Shown here piece by piece: positions 24,901 through 36,800 of a DNA stretch of 64,000 nt; position 1 is the first letter of the stretch, and every line of letters starts with the position of its first letter. A program made the translations under genes and the position numbers. The notes under the pieces are model-generated. The model was not told the origin of the DNA. It was given only the letters and a program-made list of their open reading frames with translations, and did not search any database. Source of the DNA: Paragordius varius. Its lineage: Eukaryota > Animalia > Nematomorpha. The DNA lies in assembly GCA_964247055.1 (NCBI GenBank), contig OZ176056.1, positions 6,324,001 to 6,388,000 on the forward strand, read 5' to 3'.

Positions 24901-27900
24901 ACCTTTCTGCATTCAATAGCCATCATATTAATTCTCCCACTGATGATAATCTTACTTTTCCAGGTTTTTTATTAAAAATATTTTTTGAATATTGTGGGTT
25001 GTTTTAAAACTTAAAAATTGATATACGAAACAAATATTACCACAGTTAAAGACTGTCGTTTTTATCCTATAAAAATAACTTTATTAATCCTTATACATTA
25101 TCCGTAACTTCTATGATTACAAGTTATGATATATAATATTGTTAGCGTAACTTATTTGCATTTTGCCTTATTTCAAAACGGTAATTTAGAAAAAAAATAA
25201 TCAAAATATAAGGTTTATATATATATATATATATATAGGAGTGTTTTATTTTCGTTTAATTTTTATTGTATTGTCAACACACATATATAAATAGATAATA
25301 ATTTCATTCAACGGCTATATGAACAAGACATTTTACCTACTTTGGAATTTTCAAATAATGCGGTAAATAGTTTATATTTTGGCATTTTAAAATTATGAAA
25401 AAATGTTAGTTTAACTCATAACTAAAATTTACAATTAAAATTATTTAAGAAACATATAATCTATATAACAAAAATATTGTTTTCATGAATGTTTAAATCA
25501 CCATTTACGCCTCAAATTCACACCTTAAACAATTCAAATTTATCCTAAAAATAAATTATCACTTTTCGGGCTAATATAACTTTATTTCAGGGCTTGGAAC
25601 CGGTTCAAAAAAAGTAAAACCGGAACCGCGTTGATTCTTTAAAAAATTAGCGGTTCTTAAACCGGTCTAAATGTATATAACCGGTTCCATTTTCGATTCC
25701 TGACTTTTAACTAAATGTTTTTCTAACAAAATTATCATAATAATAATAATAATACAACCAGAATATTAATTGTAAATCAAATAATTTGTTATATAAATTG
25801 CCAAATGTATAGTGAAAGAAAGATAATGTCGCATAATAAATGAAACAAAAATGTATAAGTACAAAGGTATATAGTTAAATTAAGTATGGCATCTAAAAAA
25901 ATCTTTGTTTAACTTTAAAAAATTATTGCACCAAGCCATTCGCTGGTAAATGCTTTTCAGGTCTGAAAATATAAAACTAAAGGTGAAAAACTGCTTTCAA
26001 CGGAGATCTATATATACGAACATATGTATTAAAAATAACCTTGAGTTATTATTTTTTAGAACACCCGAACCGCCCAAAATTCAGAGAGTATCGCTGATAT
26101 AATATTAGGCGCTTAGTTTTAAATTTAAAATTTTAAGTATGTAATATGTAGTGGTATAATCAAATTTAAATAATAAAATAAAATTTTTATAATTAAAATC
26201 ATATGGGAATCAGTAATTATGGGGGTGGTTCCCGGGAAATGGAACCGGTTCTTGTTAAATTCAGGAACCGAGTTCCGGTTCCATGCGGTTTTGGTTCCAA
26301 GCCCTGCTTTATTTCTTTATAACATAGTTTGTTATTTTTTCAATTATATATTAGTTTTAAACGAAATTTTCATTTTTAAAAATATCAAAAAATAGTAATA
26401 CTTTTTTTATTCAATTACTTATTCAAAGCGATAATTTATATTTAAAATATATATGTCTCTTTGTTGTTACGTTTCCTCTTTATTTAGTTAATATAACATT
26501 TTTTACTGTAATTTAAAATTTAGTTATTAAATGATATCTTGAATGCCCTACAAAACAACGATTTATCAATTGAATCTACACTTTGCTCAACCAATCTCAA
26601 TCAAAGCGATATGGATAATTCGCAATTTAGGTGTCCAAATTGTTTTATATTTTTAATTTTTTTTATTAACCATGTAATTTTTTTTAAAAAAAATAGGGTA
26701 TGCTATTTTTCTCAAATCAAACGGTTTTGCCCATATAAATTGAAATTATCCACATCATCCCATATAAACGACGAAACTATACCGCCGAATAGCTTCTATA
26801 ACAGAGATAACAATAATCTAAATATAGATGATGTATCTGATGACAAATATTTTTATATTGGCACTCAAATCCGAGATCGAGTATTTTTGCCATTTTCATT
26901 ATGAAATAAATGATATTAAGAGACTAAATATTATTCTACATAATTTTATTACAGTTAATTCCCACAAATATTTCTTTAATCAATTTTTTGGACTTGACTC
27001 ATGGCCCCCATATTAATTGTTTTACAAAATATAAAAAAATTTCGCGATATGTAATATTTTTTACAATACAACATTATATAATTCTATATCAGGAGTATCT
27101 AACATTCGGCCCAAAATACTTCTCCGGCTTAGATAAAAATTGCTAGAAAATTTAAGTAGAATGATTTGTTTGAACAAATTTTCCCTATTTTCAGCCATCA
27201 TGTAGCAAAAAATATTGAAATAAATAGTAGTTTTTACAAATTTATTTTTAAAATTTAATAAATTATTTGCCAATGCGGCCCACGAACCCATATACCCCTG
27301 GTCTATATTAATAATATTGGTTTAAAACATTTCATATTCTGAAATTTATTGATTTTGAACAATCAAATTATACCAATTTGTAGCGAAATTTTTATATTCT
27401 ATTCTAATCTAATATATATAGCTTGTATCAGTCGCTGATATGTTCACCTACTTGAATTATATACAACGTGGTTTGCTTGACAAAGTGGATTGTAAAATAT
27501 TTTTTTATTCATACAATAGTTTTCCTTATTAATTAAATTTTTAGTAGGATAACGTATGGATTTCAACGTTTAATATGCATGTAAAGTCCCTTAATCTTTA
27601 ATTTTTTAGGTTTTTTTTAAATTCAGAAAATTTTCAATCGAATTTTGTTTTAGGCTTATGATTTTTATTTTTGATTATAATCAACAGTTTTTCAATATTT
27701 TTGATTATAAACAGTTTTAACGGATTTCTTATTTATGCATTTTATAAAAATATCAACAAAATATAATTCAAGATTTAGTTAATTATTTATACAAATATGT
27801 GTTGCTTGCTTTATAAGTGTTGAGTTTTTTTGAAAATAATTTTACCTATTTTAGTGAAAGAATTATATGCCGAAATTATGGTGTTGCGTCAAAAAATGGC

Positions 27901-27922
27901 CCTGTCACGTTATGCTGTTTAA
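21997..27922 (+). CDS. RAB3IP: Rab3A-interacting protein / Rabin8-like Rab GEF (Sec2 domain), 13 exons, ~549 aa
   Basis: Exons 21997-22040, 22067-22184, 22210-22305, 22331-22408, 22466-22994, 23333-23401, 24371-24450, 24825-24963, 25295-25362, 26524-26630, 26697-26880, 27422-27491 and 27855-27922; all GT-AG and phase-consistent (1650 nt). Sec2 coiled coil KELQELTASLFE-EANKMVQEAN..VDILEAEVQALKLLVL; C-terminal blocks FKEFSIW, RLYEQDILPTLEF, ALQNNDLSIE, VCYFSQ..CPYKLKL, VADMFTYLNYIQRGL and EIMVLRQKMALSR match Rabin8/GRAB. RAB3IP versus RAB3IL1 cannot be distinguished; exons 6-7 are less certain. Confidence 0.9.
25588..26306. mobile_element. hAT-derived MITE (719 bp) in a RAB3IP intron, inserted into an M1 MITE
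   Basis: TIRs CAGGGCTTGGAACC / GGTTCCAAGCCCTG; perfect TSD CTTTATTT; many subterminal AACCGGTT motifs; M1 sequence on both sides (~25500-25587 and 26315 onward). Confidence 0.9.
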
Positions 27923-27952
27923 TGAAAAAAATCTACTTATTAAAAAATGATA

Positions 27953-28308
27953 TATACCATTAACAGTTCAAATTCCTTGAACAATTTAAATTCACCGTCG
28001 AACAATTACCCTTGAACAATTCAAAATCACCCTAATATGTGTTTTCGAACTAATATAACTCATTATTATTAATACGAAATATATCTTTATGGCATAGTTT
28101 ATTATTTTTTCAGTATTATTTTAATTTGAAACAAAATTTATATTATTATATAAATATATAATAATATATGTAATTTTTGTACTTAAAAAACATATATTTT
28201 ATTTGAGGGTGAATTTGAATTGTATAAGGGTGAATTTGAATTTCGATGGTGAATTCGAATTGTTCAAGGGTAATTGTTCAAGGGTGAATTTGAATTGTAA
28301 ATGGTATA
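27953..28308. mobile_element. MITE family M1 copy with expanded subterminal repeats
   Basis: Long inverted arms built from about four CCCTTGAACAATTCAAATTCA-like repeats on each side. Confidence 0.8.
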
Positions 28309-29589
28309 TATTTATTTCATTATGGCCGATCACATGCAACATTATATTTATTTATACATATAAAATATTTATATATTTATGCAATCATGAAATTATTTAT
28401 ATTATTGTTTTTATTGACTAAAAATCACAATTATACTAAATTTATAAATAAATACATAAACTAGCGATTATTTCAATAATGGACTGACACTAATTAAAAA
28501 TGAATGTTTTGAATGTAAATAAAAAAGAATTAATTTAAAATTTGAGTTAATATTTAATCAATATACATTTTTTTGAATCTTTTCGTGAAATATTTATTAA
28601 CTAAATCACAATTATGCTGAATTTAATAGATTACAAACTAGCAAATATTATTATATATGGAGGATTATTTAAAAAATAAACTCAGTTAAAAAATAAATAA
28701 TTTGGATAAAAATAATGGTTACTCGATTCTTAAAAGAATTTTTTGTAACAATTTTGATAATATTTATTAATTTGTATAAATATCATTTTTTTCTTCGCAT
28801 ATTAATTTTGGATTAATTTGTTACAGTTTATTGCAAATTTTAAGGGAAAAATTGGTGCGGTTCCATGTTTTTTCATGGAAGTGGTGCCGTTTATTTATTA
28901 CATTATGATAACTGTTTAAACATATAAACAGTCAAATATTATTTTTTGCTCCAATGATTTGATAATTCCAAACTTAAAATGAAAAATATAAAAATTAAAT
29001 GGCGATGGTATGAAAATAAAGGCACATGTTTTGAAACTGTGTTAAAACTCAAAAATGGTTCAAATGCAATGTTTCTGCATTCAACAAAATAAGTTCCAGC
29101 CTCTAGCCCTGGATTTCAGATTCCATTTTAATCGATTTGGGTTAATTGATAACATAATATTTAGAAACTACAAACATTAATGTTTTTTCATCGGTTTTCC
29201 TTTTCTTGAGAGGTTTATTCACAAATGAAATATGCATGAATCCATACTGTTTGGATAAAATTTATTTTACTTAATTATGTATACCACACATTTTAATTAT
29301 CATAATAACAATTACAGTAAAAACTGAAATTATACGGGCAAAACATTAAAATATAAAGACAAAATTTTTTTTCAAAAGACAACCATACTTTTTTAGGCTT
29401 CATCTTTTTATATATAACTCATTGTTTCCGATTGTATATTATAGAATTAAATATCAATATTGGTGACACAATAAATTATATTTCAAAATTGTAATTATAT
29501 AATTTATATGAGAAATTTTAGGGTTTAAAAAAGTTTGGTGGTCTTTTAGAAAAAAATATTTGTCTTTATAATTTATGTTTTGTCCGTAT

Positions 29590-30625
29590 GCTTGGAACCG
29601 GAACCGGTTCTATCCATAAATTTTTAGAAACCAACCCGGTTCCGGTTCCACCCCCTTAATTAGTGGAGTGGTTCCCATATGATTGTTCTTATACAGTATA
29701 AATTAAAATTATACTGACAAAAAATATAAAACAAATATTTTTTCAAAAAGATATTGATTTTTTTAAAATATAACTCATTGTTTTTATCTACAAAGTATAA
29801 TACAGAAATGTAAATTTGTAATACAATCAATTATATATTTACAATATTAATTAAAAGTTTATATACGATAAATTAAGGTTTAAAAAAGTATGGTGGTTTT
29901 TTGAAAAAATTGTCTTTAAATTTATATGTTTTGTCCGTATAATATCAATTATTACTGTAAAAATTTTATTCTATTATTTAAATTTGATTGTACAACTACA
30001 TATTACATACTTCAAATTTTAAATTTGAAACTAAGCGCCTAATATTATATTAGCAATACTTACTGAAGGTTCTTCTATAAAAAGAAATAGTTATAAGTCG
30101 AGAGTATTTATATACATATGTTCGTATATATAGGTCTCCGTTGAAAAGAGTTTTTCGCCCTTAATTTTCTATTTTTAGACCTGAGAAGCAGTATGACCAG
30201 CGATTTTTATGGTGCAATAATTTTTTAAAGTGAAATAAATATTTTTTTAGATGCCATACTTAATTTAGCACTCATTATATACCTTTGTACTTATACATTT
30301 TCCTATAATATTTTTATAATTTGTTTAATTTATTATGCTACACTATATTTCCTTCACTATACATTTGGCAATTTAAAATAAATTGTTTGTATATAATTGT
30401 GTATCTGGGTTTTACTATTATAATAATAATTTTGTAAATTATTTAATCAAAAGTTAGAAACCGAAAATGAAACCGGTTCTCAATGTAAAAAACCGGTTCG
30501 GGCGGTTCCTGAATTTTTGGAACCGGAACCGCGCTGGTTCCTTCTAGATTTAGCGGTTCATTTTTAAATTCTTGAGAACCAATACGGTTCCGGTTTCACT
30601 TTTTTTAAACCGGTTCCAAGCACTG
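29590..30625. mobile_element. Second copy of the 25588-26306 hAT MITE in opposite orientation, interrupted by an M2 MITE (29708-29943) and abutted by another (29329-29589)
   Basis: GCTTGGAACCGG at 29590 and GGTTCCAAGCACTG ending at 30625; the internal sequence is the reverse complement of 25600-26300. Confidence 0.8.
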
Positions 30626-30800
30626 GTTTTTACTGTATTTTAAAATTTCATTTTATTTATTAAAACAAAGAATAATAATAATCCATGGGAATAAACACAA
30701 TAACTATGAATGGTTATAGCTGAAAATTTGACCATACCATGTAACTCATATACTTTAGCACGTTATTAAGATTACGTAATTAAATTTATATATTTTTTAT

Positions 30801-33800
30801 TTATATACAAAAACATTTTATTAAGCCTTTTGTGCAGGGTTTATTTACGATGGCATCTAGCCTTTGATAACTTATCATTTGCTTTCGTTCAAAACTGTAT
30901 GTTGACTGTACCGTTCCTAAATTAACAGATCCAGTGCCCTGAGATTGGATTGAAAAGATCACAATCATATCTTTTATAAAGGTAAGTTCTTTTTTCTCTG
31001 TCTGAGAGAGTTGGGACTTTATTAAGACTTCATGAATGTGATGTGATTTAAGTTTTTCTGTAATACAGTGGCTCTGATTTGAGTGGTGTGGTTCGGTGTA
31101 ATGGCTTAAAGTGTATAAAGTAGAATTTATCACGGTAAAAATCATATTTTTGACGTAGTCTTTAGCCAGGGTGTTTTGAAAATGATTTAGGCTGCTGTTA
31201 CCTGAGTCTGAATAAATTTGTAACCATTCTTTGGAACAATAATAATTGGGTATTTTTAATTCATCACACGTTCTGGCTTCAATTTTATGTTCCATCAAAC
31301 TTAATTCTAAAAAATTAAACAGTTCTTATATAAAAAATATGGTGTAAATCCCACGAATATATTTTAAACTAGAAAATTATTCGTCTGATTCCATGTCAAC
31401 TTCCGGTAACCGGGTTTCAGTGTGGTTCCCGTTTGAAGTCCTGATATATGATATAAAATTTGAAAATACGGACAAAACGTAAAAATATGATATTTTTTTG
31501 ACCGCTCGACTTTTTTAAATATTTAAAAAAGTAACTTATTGTTTTGAATTAAAACGTATAAAATAGAGATGTGCATTGGTAAAACAATCAATCATGTATT
31601 TTACAATATTAACATTCGATTCAAATTGGGGTATCTAAATACCCCAGACTAAATTTGATTCCGGATTTTTAAAAAACTACTGAAGGAAACGGTCCCAATT
31701 TAAATTTATGCTTCTATCCTTATAAAAATTATATAAATATGCCAAAATATCTAAATAAAATTTTGTTTTGAAAAAAAAGTTCCATGTCAAACTACTTGGC
31801 CGCCATTTTTATTTTACAAAATTTTTACAAAATATCGTCTTCGTTCAATTTTAAGGGTAGAATTAAAGCTAATTTTTTGTTTAAATTACATCTAACATTG
31901 ATAGAAATAAAAAAACGGTTTATTTTGCATTATTTTTTATTTTACCATTGCACACATGCCACGTTGACTAAATTTTAACCTTTCGGTTTTAGCTTAAAAT
32001 AAGTAATATCACGTATTTTTGAATAATATTTTTTATATATTTCGGTTTATAAATGTTATATGCGTGCAAAATTATCCATAGTTTCGATTCTTCCATATTT
32101 TTTGAAGAATTTTATTTTAAACAGGCTTGGGGTATTTAACTACCCCAATTTGAATCGAAGGACTAAAATGAATGTATTGTATCCAAGTGTTAAGTGATAA
32201 TTTATAGAAAAAAAATTGAGCTACAACAAAGTATGCTTGAATATTAAAAAAACATTTTTACCTTTATATATTTACGTTTTGTCCGTATAATTTTAATTTT
32301 TACTCTATATTGGCCTGGTATGATAAAATTGTTTATTAACATTAAAATAAGTCATTTATTTGTCAAAAGAAACTTAAATTTTTTTATAAAATGTGGCACC
32401 TGCGATTTATATGCGAGTCCCGAAAAATCTCAGTGTACTGATTCAGATTATAATTATAGTACCTGCATATGTATGAATTATGCATTATTTATTAAAACAA
32501 AAAAAAAATTTTTCGGCCTGTGAATTTTTCTGTTAAGTATCAGGGCTCTGACCCTGATCATTTATTATAATTTGATATATTATAATATGTGACACTTCTT
32601 GAGATGTTATATTACAAAAGATAAAGACTTTTCAATTGTTAATAAAAACAAATTATGTTTTGACACATTTATTACACTAGTCGACAAATTTGGACATTTT
32701 TGAGCACCACCACTCAAACTTTTAAATTATGACTAATTTCAGTGTTTTAAAACAGAAGGTTAAAAAATTTTTGATCCCGCCAATCAGAATTTTGAAATAT
32801 TATAGGTTTTTCAATTTTTCAAAAACAAGAGAATATCGAGAGAAAATTAAATATAACTTTATAATAAAATGTTATTTATATTATAAATTTAATATCATTT
32901 GATAAAGCGTTTTTCACTCTATCTTTTGAATATAAATATGTCATTTAAATATCAGAGAGAAAAAAATAGTACGGACTTAAACGTCAAAATTTAGTCTTTT
33001 TCTTTCAAGTGAATTTTTAATACGTATAAAAAATTTTTAAAAAAATACTAAAAAAGGCATTCTATGGTTTAAACCTTCGGCTTTTAGATAGGCTATATTT
33101 TTTTTGTTAGTTTTCGTCCTTTCGAGTACTTATTAGGCTTTTTTTCTTGAGTTGGTTCTTACAAAAAATCCTTTATTTATACCTAGTGGATATACTTTAT
33201 TTTTTGAAATTATTGGTTGTTTTGTATTTTTAATTTCAGATGGATGTTGTCACTTTTAGTAGAATTTACTATTATGGGATTGGACCATTTGTATTTACCT
33301 AATCTTTTTATTCAGTTTAATTGTAGAATTTATCTAACTTTATTCTGTGAATTGGTTAATTTGACATGTCAATTTGCCTGGATTTTGCTTGCAAGTCTCT
33401 CTTATCGGGCTTTACGATTACTTATTGTTATCTTTGCCATATCTGGCATAATTGGATCGCTTGGGGGATATGCAGAGCTTGTGCAGCAGCCCGGATCTAT
33501 TACGCTATACATATGCCCATTTTAGATTTTTAATACTTTGGCTCTTAGCTTGTTTAGTATCTTAATTAAGCCTAGAATTTTGTTATTCATGCATGGAATA
33601 TTACTTGTATCGACTTGTTCGTTTGAATATTTTAACCTATATACACCAGGAATGATTGCTATTTTTGAATTAAATACAAATTTAAAAATTAAATTTCGGA
33701 AAAATCCTATTGGTGGCCTCAATTTTCTTTTTTGTTTTGGCCTTTCCATGCCATTAGGTATCAGAAAATCCAAAAATAATGGGGTGGTGCAAAACCTTGT

Positions 33801-36800
33801 TGAGCAGTGTTATACATAATTTAATTTATGTAACATATTGGTGCGCTATTTCAAATTTGTATGGAATTTACTAGAGGATTTGTCTCAGAACAAAAAGCAC
33901 TCTGAAAAAATAAAATTAAGGTTTTTTAAATAAAATTATACTCTATTGATATAAATTGTCTGAAATAGAGTTTGACAATTAAATATATTTCTACATTTGC
34001 TATTATTTAAGATAAAAATATTATATTCACAAATACGGGCTTAACCTCGCTTTGATGGGTTTTGGGTTCCATTCCACTTTGTACCCAAGCGTAAAATAGT
34101 TTTTAACGTTGCATGTACATCCATTAATGTTATAAAAGCGTTTTGATTCTCTTTTAAATTGGCAAAATATTGAGGATGCCCCAAGGAGAAATTTGGCGGT
34201 GGTGAAATCACAAGGAAAGGATTATTGTCTTTAAGAAAACCTGGATAATAAAAAAAAATTCGTTTAATTTTTTAGATTAACTCTTTTTCAGTTTTTTAAT
34301 TATTTTTAAAATTTATATATATAAATATCATAACATACAGATACATGATATATGGGCGATTTCGTATAAAAGTTAATAAAATTTGGCAGCCAAAAAAGAT
34401 GCATTTGGAATTTTTAATTTTGGATACACTTGAAAGGCTTACAATTACCGATTACGTGTAATTCGATTTTAAAGTATTTTATATTAATATATAGCTAAAT
34501 GTTAACCGCTTATATATAAAAATATCTATAAAATATTTAAATTGTTCACATCTGTACTATACAATTATCACAAACTTTTTCATAACAAAATGTTGAAATG
34601 AAAAGCGTTTTTAGGAAAAATTATTCCCAATTTTAATTTATTTATATTTTTTAACGTCAGTTTTTAGCATTAATTTTTAGGACAGCGCATTTTGTCAAAA
34701 CTATAATTTTTGGGGAGTCCCTTAGATACCCGCATTGTTATCATTAATTTTTTCCATATTTTTAACATAACGGATTCGGTAATTATTGATAATTTTTTAA
34801 AACTCGTTAAACGTTATAAAAAACAAACTAAAGGAAACCTATCATCATTTGTTTGATATTCTATAACCTTTTGGAGTAGTTTTATATCCCAGAGCGATCT
34901 TAATAATATAACAAAAAGTGTTTAAGGTAATAAGTCCATTTTAAAAGTATGGTTTCTTTAGCCTCTTAGGCGCATTATACAAAATTTTTAAATAAAAAAT
35001 GTAAAATAGTAAAAAAATCCTTATCTCAAACTTATTCTGCTTTCTTTTAAAATTTTAAATCGCTGTATATCAAGGTTAGATAATGTAAATAATTAACTGA
35101 AGCTTTCAGGATATATTTTACCAGCCACCTGATATATTTTGGTTTCAACAGCTGTTTGTTTATCGTGTTTTGGAGCTGTCCCAATTTTAGTCTCTAGAAG
35201 TCACAAAATTGTAAAAAATATAAGCCTATTTATCAATTACACGAGAACAATGTTTGATAATTAAATTTTAATTAAAATAACTTTCAAAACATTAGTTTAT
35301 TTATCAAGGACATAAAACCACCTCAATATGCCAACTAAGACAAAAAGTAAAAAGGTCATGAAATAATGGAAATATTAATCAAATCCATAATTTTGATCTA
35401 ATTATCCTATTGATTTTTAAAATAATTGAATATCAAAATTTAATAATTTTAATTTGTTTGTTATATTTAAAGGCGAAATTTGTGATTTTCCAATTTTTTA
35501 TTAAAGTTATAATATTGTCATGTTTTTCATGTACATACCAAAAAATAATTCCCATTTATCTTGAATTGATGAATTGCGTTAAAACTTTATTAAATGGTGT
35601 AAATATTTTAACTATCAATCTTTTTTATGGAGAAGTTTCAAATTAGGTATTCATATTTACATTTTTTTGGATATAGTTTGCCTTTTAATTTCCACTTTCT
35701 TCTAACCTTTACCGCTACATTCAACTCGTTCAATGTCATCGTAGTCTTCTCTTTTGTCACGTCTAACCACCTATTAGTAATCGGCCTCGTTTCCATTGCC
35801 CTTATTTTTCTTCCCATAGTGTATTTCTCTAAACGTTCTTTTGTAAATTATCTATATATTTGTGTAAGGATTATTATGTGTTTAACTTTCCATTATTAAT
35901 TTTATCTTTCCAGGTATGTCCTAGCATCTCAGGCCAGAAGCTCCTTTCTAAAGCCATGAGACTTTCTTTGTCACTTTTTTTGAAAGTTCAGCTCTCAATA
36001 CTATACGTGGTGACCGGGAGAACAAAACAGTAGAATAATCATTTTTAAGTTTCAGCCCCTCGCTTATGTTTATCCAAATCTTTATTAATTTGTCATCGCT
36101 TCCCTACCCAATCCTATTCTTTTCCAGATGTCAGGAGTTGAAGAGTCATCCTCGAAAATCATAAAATTGTAATTTAATAAATGTATAGACATTTGTTACA
36201 TTCTAATCCTAATTAATTAAATTTATTTATTAGCTTGAATCGCTCTCGTTAGCGTTAGTTAAATACTTAAAAAAGTAGGGATTATAGAATTGTTATTTAT
36301 ATAACCAAAGCCTTGGGTTTATAAATACGTGTTTTAGTGGTAAAATATAAATAAAAAATGTAAGGATTTTAGTTTTAGTATAAACGGTTGGACCTGTTCT
36401 AAGACAGAGGCGTAGCTTGTAGGCGCCCGATGCATGAATCCGTGATGGCGCCTTCCTTCCCCTCCAAACCTCTAGTAATTTAAATAAATAATCAAATATA
36501 AACCGTACTCACAAATGGGTCCTTTTTTTATATATTATTTAACATAATAACATTTAAGTACCTATTTTTTTAAATAAAAAAATTTTTTAAAATCCGGCGC
36601 GCCTCTTATGGCTTGCATCAGCCCATATCCCCTTAGCTACGCCTCTACCCTAAGAATGTCTAAAATCTAAATATATAATTTATTTACTAATGAATAAAAA
36701 CACAAAGGTATTCTGTTTAAGGCAAAAATATTTATATTTACATAAACAACCAGGCGAAAAAAATTGATATTGGCATATATAACTATTATATTTAGATATA

